Part shown: positions 7,773 to 15,387 of the stretch, in pieces | Numbering within the stretch: position 1 is the first letter of the stretch | Layout of the letters: every line of letters starts with the position of its first letter | Assembly (NCBI GenBank): GCA_035698005.1 | Contig: DASSCD010000166.1 | Span: forward strand, 1-29,333 | DNA length: 29,333 nucleotides | Source of the DNA: Gaiellaceae bacterium | GTDB taxonomy: Bacteria; Actinomycetota; Thermoleophilia; Gaiellales; Gaiellaceae | Direction of reading: 5' to 3' | Notes under the pieces: model-generated | The model's input: the letters and a program-made list of their open reading frames with translations, nothing else | Told to the model about the DNA's origin: nothing | The model's database searches: none | Position numbers and translations under genes: made by a program

Positions 7773-8350
7773 AACGGCGATTGCTCCGCCCACCAGGGGC
7801 CGAGCGCCTTGAGGGCGTTCCAGAAGCGGGTCTTCGACGGCGCGTCGTCGAGCGAGTCGTCGACGTCCGGTGTCACGAGCGCCTCGATCGTCGGCGTGAA
7901 GCGCTGCAGCGTTCCCTCCGCGCCCGCATCGACCGCGTCTGCGAGCGGGAACCGCAGCTCGTTCACGAATGCGACCGACCGCTCGCCCATGACGACGACG
8001 AGCTTCGGCTGGACGATGTGGAGCTCGCGGGTGAGCCAGCCGGCGGCGTCCGCGGGGTCCTCGGTGCCGAACTTCAGGCAGTTCGTCCCGTAGACGGCTA
8101 GCGGGTCGATCAGCAGCCGCTGGAGCGACTTCAGCACCGCTTGGCCGGCACGGCCGAAGAAGGCGACGCCTTCCTGGATCTCCGTCGGCTGCGGTGTGAA
8201 CTTCAGCAGGAAGACGTCCGCGAGCGGATGGCCGGAACCGAGCACGGGGACGCGCAGCTCGTCGCCGGCCTGTGCGAGCTCGTCGCCGAGCTCGTTGATC
8301 TCGGCGATGGCCCTCTTCAGATAGCGCTCGTAGATCTCGTCGGTTGGCAC
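7769..8350 (-). CDS. Uracil-DNA glycosylase-like fold protein with degenerate catalytic motifs
   Basis: GSGHPLADVFLL...GVAFFGRAGQAV...VYGTNCLK...ELHIVQPKLVVVMG resembles family-4 UDG. Start could also be the GTG at 8362. Confidence 0.75.
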   Translation of the reverse strand: MPTDEIYERYLKRAIAEINELGDELAQAGDELRVPVLGSGHPLADVFLLKFTPQPTEIQEGVAFFGRAGQAVLKSLQRLLIDPLAVYGTNCLKFGTEDPADAAGWLTRELHIVQPKLVVVMGERSVAFVNELRFPLADAVDAGAEGTLQRFTPTIEALVTPDVDDSLDDAPSKTRFWNALKALGPWWAEQSPF

Positions 8351-8385
8351 GGCGGCGGGCACGGAGTCGCTGGGACCTTTCTCGC

Positions 8386-10092
8386 TTAGCGGACCTTCTC
8401 CTTGACCTGGGCCACCCACTTCAGCGACTGCAGGTACGCGAGCGACTTCGGACGGCGGAGAACCTCGGCCGTGCGCAGCGAAAGGAGGAACTCCTCCGGC
8501 CCGTCGAAGCGCGGCATGCGCATCGCGCCCGTGCCGACACCCTGCAGCACGTGCGCGTCGGAACCGGCGCCCTGGAGGAGCCGGTACTTGCGCGCGAAGC
8601 GCAGCGCCTCGTCGTTGAAGGACTCGCGCAGGAGGCGGGCATTGAAGACCTCGAAGACGTCGATCTCCCCGAGGTGGCGGTGGAGCGTCGCCGGGTCCGG
8701 GATCGCATGCATGCGATCGAACGGGTGTGGAAGGTAGACGAGGCCACCCTGGTCGCGGATCGCGGCGACCGTGTCCGCGAAGGACAGGCCGCGCGGAATC
8801 TCCTCCTCGAGGAAGAGCCCGATCACCTCGCCCTGGCCGTCCGTCTTCACCTCTTCGCCCGGGATCACGATCAGGCGCCGGCCGGCCGCGTGCTCGACCG
8901 CCTCGAGCGCGCCGCCGAAGGCGTTGTGGTCGGTCACGGCGATGCCGCCGAGGCCGATCTCCTCCGCGTGGTCGACGAGGTCGGCGGCTGGAATCGAGCA
9001 GTCGTGCGACCAGTCGGTGTGCATGTGCATGTCGACGACGACCCAGTCGCGCTCTGCGAGCGGGTCGTCGACGCGCGCGCCCCGCGGCTGGCGCCGCTTG
9101 CGGGTGAGCCCGGCGTACACCTCGTCCAATTGGGCCGCGACGACGTCGAACGTCTGTGCCTCTGCACGCCTGCGTCCTTCTTCCGCGAGCCGCGAGCGCT
9201 GCACGTCGTCCTGCACGAGCGCGACGACGTCGTCCACAGTCGCGGTCGCAGCCGCGCACGCGGCGGCCTCGAGCGCGAGACGCTCCTCCCCGTCCACGGC
9301 CGGGACGAAGATCGACGCCTCGCTCAGGATCGCGGCGCGCTGCTCCGGCGTCCGGATCGACCGGACGTGCGTCCGTTGGCGGACCGCGCGCGGGATGGCG
9401 GGGCGGTAGGCGAGCGGCTTCGTGTGCAGGAGGTGGAGCTCCCAGCCCGCGAGATCGGGGAGCGAGGCGAGCAGTGCGCGCGTGGCCGCCCGGCCCGCCA
9501 TCTCCAGCTCGACGGCGATCATGTTCCGCTTCCGCCGCGGCTGATAGACGTCGGGGTCGATGCCGAGCGCCACGAGCCGGTAGTCGCCCGCGAGCCGCTC
9601 GCGTGCGGCCGCGATCGTCTGCTCCGAGGTCGCGAGCAGGGCGTCGACGCGGATGCGGAGCCGGTCCCGGCGCGACCTCCGCGCGGGGTAGCCGACTCGC
9701 TCGGGCGAGAAGAACGTAGCCGCGGTCAGCGCGTCCGCCGTCGTGAGCGCGAGGTAGGACAGGCTCGGAAGGCCGGGCTCGAACCCGTGGACGACGTCGA
9801 AGCGGCCCCGGCGGAGCGCGAGCGCGAGGTTCGCGCGAACACCGACCGGGACGCCGATGTGCGTCCGGCGCGAGATCGGGATCGACGGGCCCACCGCGAC
9901 GACCTCCCGGTCGAGCCCACGCTGGAGGGCACGACGACCGTCGAGGAGATCGCGGGCCCGGGACGACGGCGCGACGACGGTGACCTCGTGCCCGAGCACG
10001 CGGAGTGCGCGAGCCGCCCCGTCGACGTGCGCGTTCACCTCGTGCGGCTGCGACCACGCGAACGGCGTGACGAAGCAGATCCTGAGGCTCAC
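8386..10092 (-). CDS. Fusion of a PimA-like GT4 glycosyltransferase domain and a C-terminal PHP phosphoesterase
   Basis: N-terminal RICFVTPF...GHEVTVVAP...FDVVHGFEPGLPSLS. PHP metal motifs DMHMHT, TDHN, GEE, HPF and GSDAH. TAACCT -10 box lies 7 nt before the GTG. Confidence 0.88.
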   Translation of the reverse strand: MSLRICFVTPFAWSQPHEVNAHVDGAARALRVLGHEVTVVAPSSRARDLLDGRRALQRGLDREVVAVGPSIPISRRTHIGVPVGVRANLALALRRGRFDVVHGFEPGLPSLSYLALTTADALTAATFFSPERVGYPARRSRRDRLRIRVDALLATSEQTIAAARERLAGDYRLVALGIDPDVYQPRRKRNMIAVELEMAGRAATRALLASLPDLAGWELHLLHTKPLAYRPAIPRAVRQRTHVRSIRTPEQRAAILSEASIFVPAVDGEERLALEAAACAAATATVDDVVALVQDDVQRSRLAEEGRRRAEAQTFDVVAAQLDEVYAGLTRKRRQPRGARVDDPLAERDWVVVDMHMHTDWSHDCSIPAADLVDHAEEIGLGGIAVTDHNAFGGALEAVEHAAGRRLIVIPGEEVKTDGQGEVIGLFLEEEIPRGLSFADTVAAIRDQGGLVYLPHPFDRMHAIPDPATLHRHLGEIDVFEVFNARLLRESFNDEALRFARKYRLLQGAGSDAHVLQGVGTGAMRMPRFDGPEEFLLSLRTAEVLRRPKSLAYLQSLKWVAQVKEKVR

Positions 10093-10135
10093 GGTCGGGA
10101 GGTTAGCCTCCTCCTGGCTCGGCTACAGTCGACTC

Positions 10136-10339
10136 GTGGGCGGGGTGGAGATCAAGGTACGGAGGAACGGGCCGTACAAGGTCACCGGGCCCGCACGGGT
10201 GGTGGACGCCGCAGGCAACGAGATCACCTGCCCCGAAGGCGACGCGGTCGCGCTCTGCCGCTGCGGCAACTCGCGGACGAAGCCGTTCTGCGACGCGAGC
10301 CACAAGCGGGTCGGGTGGGTGGCCGACCCGCGTCGCTAG
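10136..10339 (+). CDS. CDGSH iron-sulfur domain protein (67 aa)
   Basis: NGPYKV...LCRCGNSRTKPFCDASH. TACAGT -10 box lies 6 nt before the GTG at 10136; alternative GTG at 10145. Confidence 0.9.
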   Translation: MGGVEIKVRRNGPYKVTGPARVVDAAGNEITCPEGDAVALCRCGNSRTKPFCDASHKRVGWVADPRR

Positions 10340-11040
10340 GTCGCCGCGCGGTTCGGGTTGCGGCGCAGCGCGAGGCGCTCGCCGGGAGCGAGGACGACCT
10401 CGAGCCCCTCGTTCGAGCGCGTGAGGACGAGCTGGACGTCGTCGAGCGCGGCGAGCACGCGCGCCTCCGGGTCGCTCGACTGTGCGCTACGGAATCGTTC
10501 GAGAACGGGCACGAGAAGGTAGGTCGCCCCGGTGAGGATCCAGATCACGGCGAGGGCCTTGCCCATGCTCTCCGAGGCGTTGCGGTCCCAGATCGCATAG
10601 CTGGAGAGCACAGCGGCCAGGGCTGCGAGGATGCCTGCGATCGTCGCGAGCGGCGTCAGCGACGCGGACTCAGCGAGCAGGCGCGCGGTCACTGCGATCA
10701 AAGTCGCGATCAGGAGGACCACGCCGGTCCACCCGTACCGCCAGGCATCGCCGCCACCGTCGAACACGAAGTCCCAGATCGCGTACGCGAGCAGTCCGAA
10801 GCCGAGCGGTGCGACGACGACGGCGACACGTCCGAGCAAGGCGTCGTCGCGGTCGACGAGCACGAGCCCCGAGACCAGCGTCCCTCCGGCCAGGAGGAGC
10901 GCTGCCAGCGTCGCGAGAATCCGGCCGTCCGTGTCCGAAAAGTCTCCGCGAAGCACCGCGGCGAGAGCGATCAGCGCGGCGACGACGAGCGCCGCCGCCG
11001 CGCCGATCCAGAACGTGCGCGCGAGGCGCCGGCGGGTCAC
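10336..11040 (-). CDS. Hypothetical multi-pass membrane protein (234 aa)
   Basis: [20 protein letters not shown]..., about six TM segments. GTGA overlap with the ino1 stop codon. Confidence 0.75.
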   Translation of the reverse strand: MTRRRLARTFWIGAAAALVVAALIALAAVLRGDFSDTDGRILATLAALLLAGGTLVSGLVLVDRDDALLGRVAVVVAPLGFGLLAYAIWDFVFDGGGDAWRYGWTGVVLLIATLIAVTARLLAESASLTPLATIAGILAALAAVLSSYAIWDRNASESMGKALAVIWILTGATYLLVPVLERFRSAQSSDPEARVLAALDDVQLVLTRSNEGLEVVLAPGERLALRRNPNRAAT

Positions 11041-12530
11041 GCCTTCGCTGCCGCCTTCGTCTTCGCCTTGCCGACCGCGTTCTTCACGATGAAGCGCTCG
11101 ATGTCCTCGCGCGCCTCGTCGTCGCGGATCTGCTTCGGCGGCGACTTCATCAGGTATGCGCTCGGCGCCTCGAGCGCGCCCGAGATGCCGTTGTTCAAGG
11201 CCAGCTTCGCCAACCGGACGGCGTCGATGACGATCCCGGCCGAGTTCGGCGAGTCCCAGACCTCGAGCTTCAGCTCGACGTTGAGCGGCACGTCGCCGAA
11301 GGAGGAGCCCTCCATGCGGATGTACGCCCACTTGCGGTCGGTCAGCCACGGCACGTAGTCGGACGGGCCGACGTGCACGTTCCCGTCGCCGATGTCGTAG
11401 TCGAGCATCGACGTGACCGCGTTCGTCTTCGAGATCTTCTTCGATTCGAGGCGCTCGCGCTCGAGCATGTTGAGGAAGTCGGAGTTGCCGCCGACATTGA
11501 GCTGCATCGTCTTGTCGAGGTGGACGCCGCGGTCGCCGAACAGTGTCGTCAGCATGCGGTGCGTGATCGTCGCCCCGACCTGCGACTTGATGTCGTCGCC
11601 GATGATCGGGCAGCCGGCCTCCTCGAAGCGCTTGTGCCAGTACGGCTCGCGAGCGATGAAGACGGGCATGCAGTTCACCATCGCGACGCCGGCCTCGAGG
11701 ATCTGCTCCGCGTACCACTTCGTCGCAGCCTCCGAGCCGACCGGCAGGTAGTTGACGACGACGTCGGTGCCGGTCTCCTTCAGGATCCGGACGACGTCGT
11801 CGGTCGGGCCGGCCGCCTTCTCCACGACCTGCGAGAGGTACTTGCCGATGCCGTCGTGCGTCATGCCGCGCGAGACCGTGACGCCCGTCTTCGGGACGTC
11901 AGAGAACCTGATCGTGTCGTTCGGCTTCGCCCAGATCGCGTCCGCGAGGTCGACTCCGACCTTGCCCTTGACGACGTCGAACGCCGCCGTGAACTCGATG
12001 TCCGAGATGTGGTACCCGCCGAGGTCGACGTGCATGAGGCCCGGGACCGTGTCCTCGGGCTTCGCGTCCTTGTAGTACTCGACTCCCTGCAGGAGCGAGT
12101 TGGCGCAGTTGCCCACGCCGATGATGGCGACGCGCACCTTGTCCTTCGCGCGTGCGCCGTTCTTCGAGCCGTTTTGAGAAGCCATGAGCTCCCTTCCCTT
12201 GCGGTTGCTCCGCGCGGGGACGCCGAGACCGTCGGCGAGCGCGGCGAGGATGACGTCGTTCGCGTTGGAGTCGCGCCGCGACGCCTCCGCGTGGATCTCG
12301 TCCTTCAGCTCCTGCGGGACACGGAGGAATAGGACGGGGCTGCCGCCCGCGAGCACCTTGCGCCTGCGGCCGGTGGGCGTGTAGTCGAGGCCGAACTCGT
12401 CGGCGAGGATGCCGGCGGCGACGTCGTTGACGTTGGAGCCGCGGCGGGCCGTCTCGCGGACGAGCGCTCCCTTCAAGGGAGCGGGCATCCGCACCAGGAT
12501 ACCCGCCCTCTGCGTTTTGCTAGCAGTCAA
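11037..12530 (-). CDS. ino1: myo-Inositol-1-phosphate synthase with an in-frame N-terminal tandem ribbon-helix-helix region
   Basis: [54 protein letters not shown] and [11 protein letters not shown] match actinobacterial Ino1. No stop codon between the TTG at 12530 and the Ino1-like ATG at 12185. Confidence 0.93.
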   Translation of the reverse strand: MTASKTQRAGILVRMPAPLKGALVRETARRGSNVNDVAAGILADEFGLDYTPTGRRRKVLAGGSPVLFLRVPQELKDEIHAEASRRDSNANDVILAALADGLGVPARSNRKGRELMASQNGSKNGARAKDKVRVAIIGVGNCANSLLQGVEYYKDAKPEDTVPGLMHVDLGGYHISDIEFTAAFDVVKGKVGVDLADAIWAKPNDTIRFSDVPKTGVTVSRGMTHDGIGKYLSQVVEKAAGPTDDVVRILKETGTDVVVNYLPVGSEAATKWYAEQILEAGVAMVNCMPVFIAREPYWHKRFEEAGCPIIGDDIKSQVGATITHRMLTTLFGDRGVHLDKTMQLNVGGNSDFLNMLERERLESKKISKTNAVTSMLDYDIGDGNVHVGPSDYVPWLTDRKWAYIRMEGSSFGDVPLNVELKLEVWDSPNSAGIVIDAVRLAKLALNNGISGALEAPSAYLMKSPPKQIRDDEAREDIERFIVKNAVGKAKTKAAAKA

Positions 12531-12568
12531 AGTGCTAGCAGATTACCGTACGCCACCTCCGGGCGCAA
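12518..12568 (-). promoter_or_regulatory. Promoter and candidate operator of the RHH-ino1 gene
   Basis: -35 TTGCGC (12568-12563), 17 nt, -10 TAATCT (12545-12540). TGCTAGCA-N7-TGCTAGCA lies at 12518-12540. Confidence 0.65.
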
Positions 12569-12603
12569 GGACGGGCATCGCACGCATGCGGCGCTGTCTC
12601 GGC

Positions 12604-12880
12604 CTAGCGCGCGCGCAGCGCGCGGATCAGGCCCCACTTGCCCATCTCCGAGCGGCCGCGGATGTTGCGCTCCTGCGCGAGCTCGTAGAGCTGCTGGCGG
12701 ATCCGGTCCTCGAGCGAGCTGCCGGCGCGCGGCCACCGCGCCTCCTCGCCCCGCGAAGCCTGCTTGCCGAATCGCGGCGAGTGGCCTCGGGCAGATGCGC
12801 GATCGTCCTCTTGCTCTCGACGCCGACTGCGCCCGGCGGATGTTGCGCTTCGCGGCTTCCGTCTGCTCGCGTGTGGCCAT
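12604..12880 (-). pseudogene. Frameshifted small basic protein with a Rho-N-like C-terminal motif
   Basis: Three frames join into MATREQTEAAKRNIRRAQSAS / KRTIAHLPEATRRD / GKQASR...SLEDRIRQQLYELAQERNIRGRSEMGKWGLIRALRAR*. The 277 nt are 2 nt short of a 93-codon ORF. Confidence 0.75.
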
Positions 12881-12915
12881 GATGCCCTCTTCTCGTTCGT
12901 CCTTCACACCGGGCT

Positions 12916-12931
12916 GCCCGCTCTCGCGGGC
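12916..12931 (-). terminator. Short GNRA-loop hairpin after pgsA
   Basis: GCCCGC-GAGA-GCGGGC on the minus strand, 8 nt after the pgsA stop. No U-tract. Confidence 0.35.
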
Positions 12932-12939
12932 GCTCCACG

Positions 12940-13608
12940 TCAGCGCGCTTCGGCGAGCTCGCGGAGCTGGCGGCGGACGAAGAGCATCCGCTGGGTCACC
13001 GTCACCCAGACGATCGCCGCGAGCGCGTAGATCGGCCATTGCAGCCAGCCCCAGGGGGCGAGGCCGAGGCCGACGGAGATGAGGACCACCCGCTCCACGC
13101 GCGACCCGAAGCCGACGTCGCCGCGGAGGCCGAGCGACTCCGCCTTCGCCCGCGTGTAGGAGACGAGGAACGAGCCGATGACGGCGGCGAAGGTCGCGAC
13201 GAGGGCGATCTCGTTCCCGTCCCGCATGAAGGCGAGCCCGATCGCGGCGAGCATCGCGGCCTCGCCGAGGCGGTCGAACGTCGAGTCGAGGAACGCCCCG
13301 AAGACCGTGCCCTTGCTCGCCGCCCGCGCGAGGGCGCCGTCCAGGATGTCCGCGATCGACCCGACGACGAAGAGTGCGCCGCCGACCCAGAAGAAGAGCT
13401 TCTCGTTGCGGTCCTCGAACCCCACGAGCACGGCGCCCGTGAGACAGAGCGAGACGCCGGCGAGCGTGAGCATGTCGGGCGTCAGCTTCGTCTTCGCGAC
13501 GCCGCGCATCGAGCGCGCGAGGATCTCGCGCGCAGCCTGCGTGTACTCCTGCTTGACCTTGTCGAGTTGGCTGACCCGGGCCGGCTCGCGCGCGGGGTCT
13601 TCGCTCAT
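12940..13608 (-). CDS. pgsA: CDP-alcohol phosphatidyltransferase, phosphatidylinositol-phosphate synthase (PgsA1/PipS-like)
   Basis: LTPDMLT, family motif DILDGALAR...FGAFLDSTFD, and SYTRAKAESLG...RVER, which resemble mycobacterial PgsA1. ATGA overlap with the upstream gene. Confidence 0.9.
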   Translation of the reverse strand: MSEDPAREPARVSQLDKVKQEYTQAAREILARSMRGVAKTKLTPDMLTLAGVSLCLTGAVLVGFEDRNEKLFFWVGGALFVVGSIADILDGALARAASKGTVFGAFLDSTFDRLGEAAMLAAIGLAFMRDGNEIALVATFAAVIGSFLVSYTRAKAESLGLRGDVGFGSRVERVVLISVGLGLAPWGWLQWPIYALAAIVWVTVTQRMLFVRRQLRELAEAR

Positions 13609-14345
13609 GCGCGCCGGAGGCGCAGCGTGCTCACCCGGCGCAGGACGTACCCGGTCGCCAGCGCGATCGCGAAGCCGGCGACGACGTCGAGCCAGTAGTG
13701 GTTCCCGGTGGAGATCACCGCGAAGGACACCCAGATCGGCCAGGCGAACCACAGCGCCTTCGCGAAGCGTGAGCGGACGACGCCGAACATCACGATCCCG
13801 ACGATCAGCGCGTCCATCGCGTGCAGGCTCGGCATCGCCGCGTACGGGTTCGAGGCGAAGGCGATGAGGCCGCTCGAGTGGTTGACCGAGGAGTATTGGC
13901 CGAGCGTGTCGACGAAGCCCCACTCGGGGAACATCCGCGGGGGTGCCGTCGGCATGAAGACGTAGCCCACGAGCCCGACGAGGTTCGCGAAGATGAGCCA
14001 GTTCCGAAAGCCTGCGAAGCGCTCGTGGTGACGGAAGTACACCCAGAGCAGCGTGATCCCGACGACCGCGAACTGGGACAGCCAGTAGGTGTACGAGGTG
14101 AGGGTCACGAGCACCGACGACGTGTCCACGACGCGCTGCACGGCCGGCTCGAAGAGCGCGCCGACCTGGCTCTCGGTGCGGAGCACCCACTCGCCGTTGT
14201 GGAACGCGCTCGCGACGTCGCGGTCGGCCGCCCCGCGGGCGACCTGGTACACGACGTAGAAGCCCATCCAGATGACGAACTGGAAGGCGAGGTGCGCCCA
14301 GCCGCGAGGCAGGCGCCGCGGACGGTCGGCGGCGTGGCTCGTCAC
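13605..14345 (-). CDS. PAP2-superfamily membrane protein, Aur1/Ipt1 (inositol-phosphoceramide-synthase-like, PAP2_3) type
   Basis: PTAPPRMF, YAAMPSLH and GNHYWLDVVAG motifs with about six TM segments. GGAGG lies 4 nt before the GTG at 14345. Confidence 0.88.
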   Translation of the reverse strand: MTSHAADRPRRLPRGWAHLAFQFVIWMGFYVVYQVARGAADRDVASAFHNGEWVLRTESQVGALFEPAVQRVVDTSSVLVTLTSYTYWLSQFAVVGITLLWVYFRHHERFAGFRNWLIFANLVGLVGYVFMPTAPPRMFPEWGFVDTLGQYSSVNHSSGLIAFASNPYAAMPSLHAMDALIVGIVMFGVVRSRFAKALWFAWPIWVSFAVISTGNHYWLDVVAGFAIALATGYVLRRVSTLRLRRA

Positions 14346-14358
14346 GACACCTCCGATT

Positions 14359-15387
14359 CTAACGGGACGCGCCGCGGTCGCTCTCAGGTCTCGGCGCATA
14401 CGAGGTCAGCGCCCGCATGTAGTTGCCACGCTCGAACGCGGCCGGGTCCGGGCACGACGCCTGGCTGAGGCTGCCCTGCAGCTGCCGCAGGGATTCGTAC
14501 TCGCGCTCAACCATCCAGGCTTCGATACCCACGAGGAGCTCGCGCACGACACCGGGCCCGCGCCGAAGGAGCGCCGAGGCGACGAGCACGGCGTTCGCAC
14601 CCGCGAGGAGGAGCTTCAAGGCGCCCTGCCAGTCGTGCACGCCGGTCGTGCCGGCGAGATCGACCTCCACGCGACCGCGGAGGATGGCGATCCAGCGCAG
14701 GGGAAGCCTGAGCTCGACCGGGCTCGAGAGCGGGAGCCAGGGCGCGACCTCGAGCGTCTCGAGGTCGATGTCCGGCTGCAGGAAGCGGTTGAAGAGCACG
14801 AGGCCGTCGGCTCCCGCGTCCGAGAGCCGTTGCGCCATGTGCGCGAAGGCCGAGTAGAAGGGGCCGACCTTGACCGCGAGCGGGAGCGACACCGCGTCGC
14901 GGACCTGTGCGACCAGGGCGAGCGTCCGCTCCTCGACGTCCGCCGCCGAGTGCCCGGGGTCGGTCTCGACCGCGTACACGTTCAGCTCGAGCGCGTCCGC
15001 ACCGGCTTCCTCGCAGAGGCGCGCGTAGCGCACCCAGCCGCCTGCCGAGACGCCGTTCAGGCTCGCGATCACCGGGACCTCGAGCGCTGCCTTCGCCAGC
15101 GCCAGGTGCTCGAGGTAGCGCTCCGGTCCGGTGTTGTAGTCCTCGAGCTCCGGGAACCAGGTGAGCGCCTCGCCGACGCTGTGCGTCTGGTGCTCGAGCA
15201 GGTCGTGGAGGTCGATCTGCTCGTGCTCGATCTGCTCCTCGAAGAGCGAGGGCAGGACGACGGCGGCGATGCCGGCCTCCTCTAGGGCGCGGAGCGAGTC
15301 GAGGGTGCCCGTGAGCGGCGAGGCGGAGGCGACGATCGGACCGCGGAGCGGGAGGCCGAGGTAGGTGGTCGAGAGGTCGACGGTCAC
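14359..15387 (-). CDS. Dihydroorotate dehydrogenase-like flavoprotein of the type linked to PFOR
   Basis: YLGLPLRGPIVASASP, SLFEEQI, ADALELN, GLVLFNRF, ASALLRRG and FERGNYM. GTGA overlap with the PFOR stop. Confidence 0.88.
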   Translation of the reverse strand: MTVDLSTTYLGLPLRGPIVASASPLTGTLDSLRALEEAGIAAVVLPSLFEEQIEHEQIDLHDLLEHQTHSVGEALTWFPELEDYNTGPERYLEHLALAKAALEVPVIASLNGVSAGGWVRYARLCEEAGADALELNVYAVETDPGHSAADVEERTLALVAQVRDAVSLPLAVKVGPFYSAFAHMAQRLSDAGADGLVLFNRFLQPDIDLETLEVAPWLPLSSPVELRLPLRWIAILRGRVEVDLAGTTGVHDWQGALKLLLAGANAVLVASALLRRGPGVVRELLVGIEAWMVEREYESLRQLQGSLSQASCPDPAAFERGNYMRALTSYAPRPESDRGASR

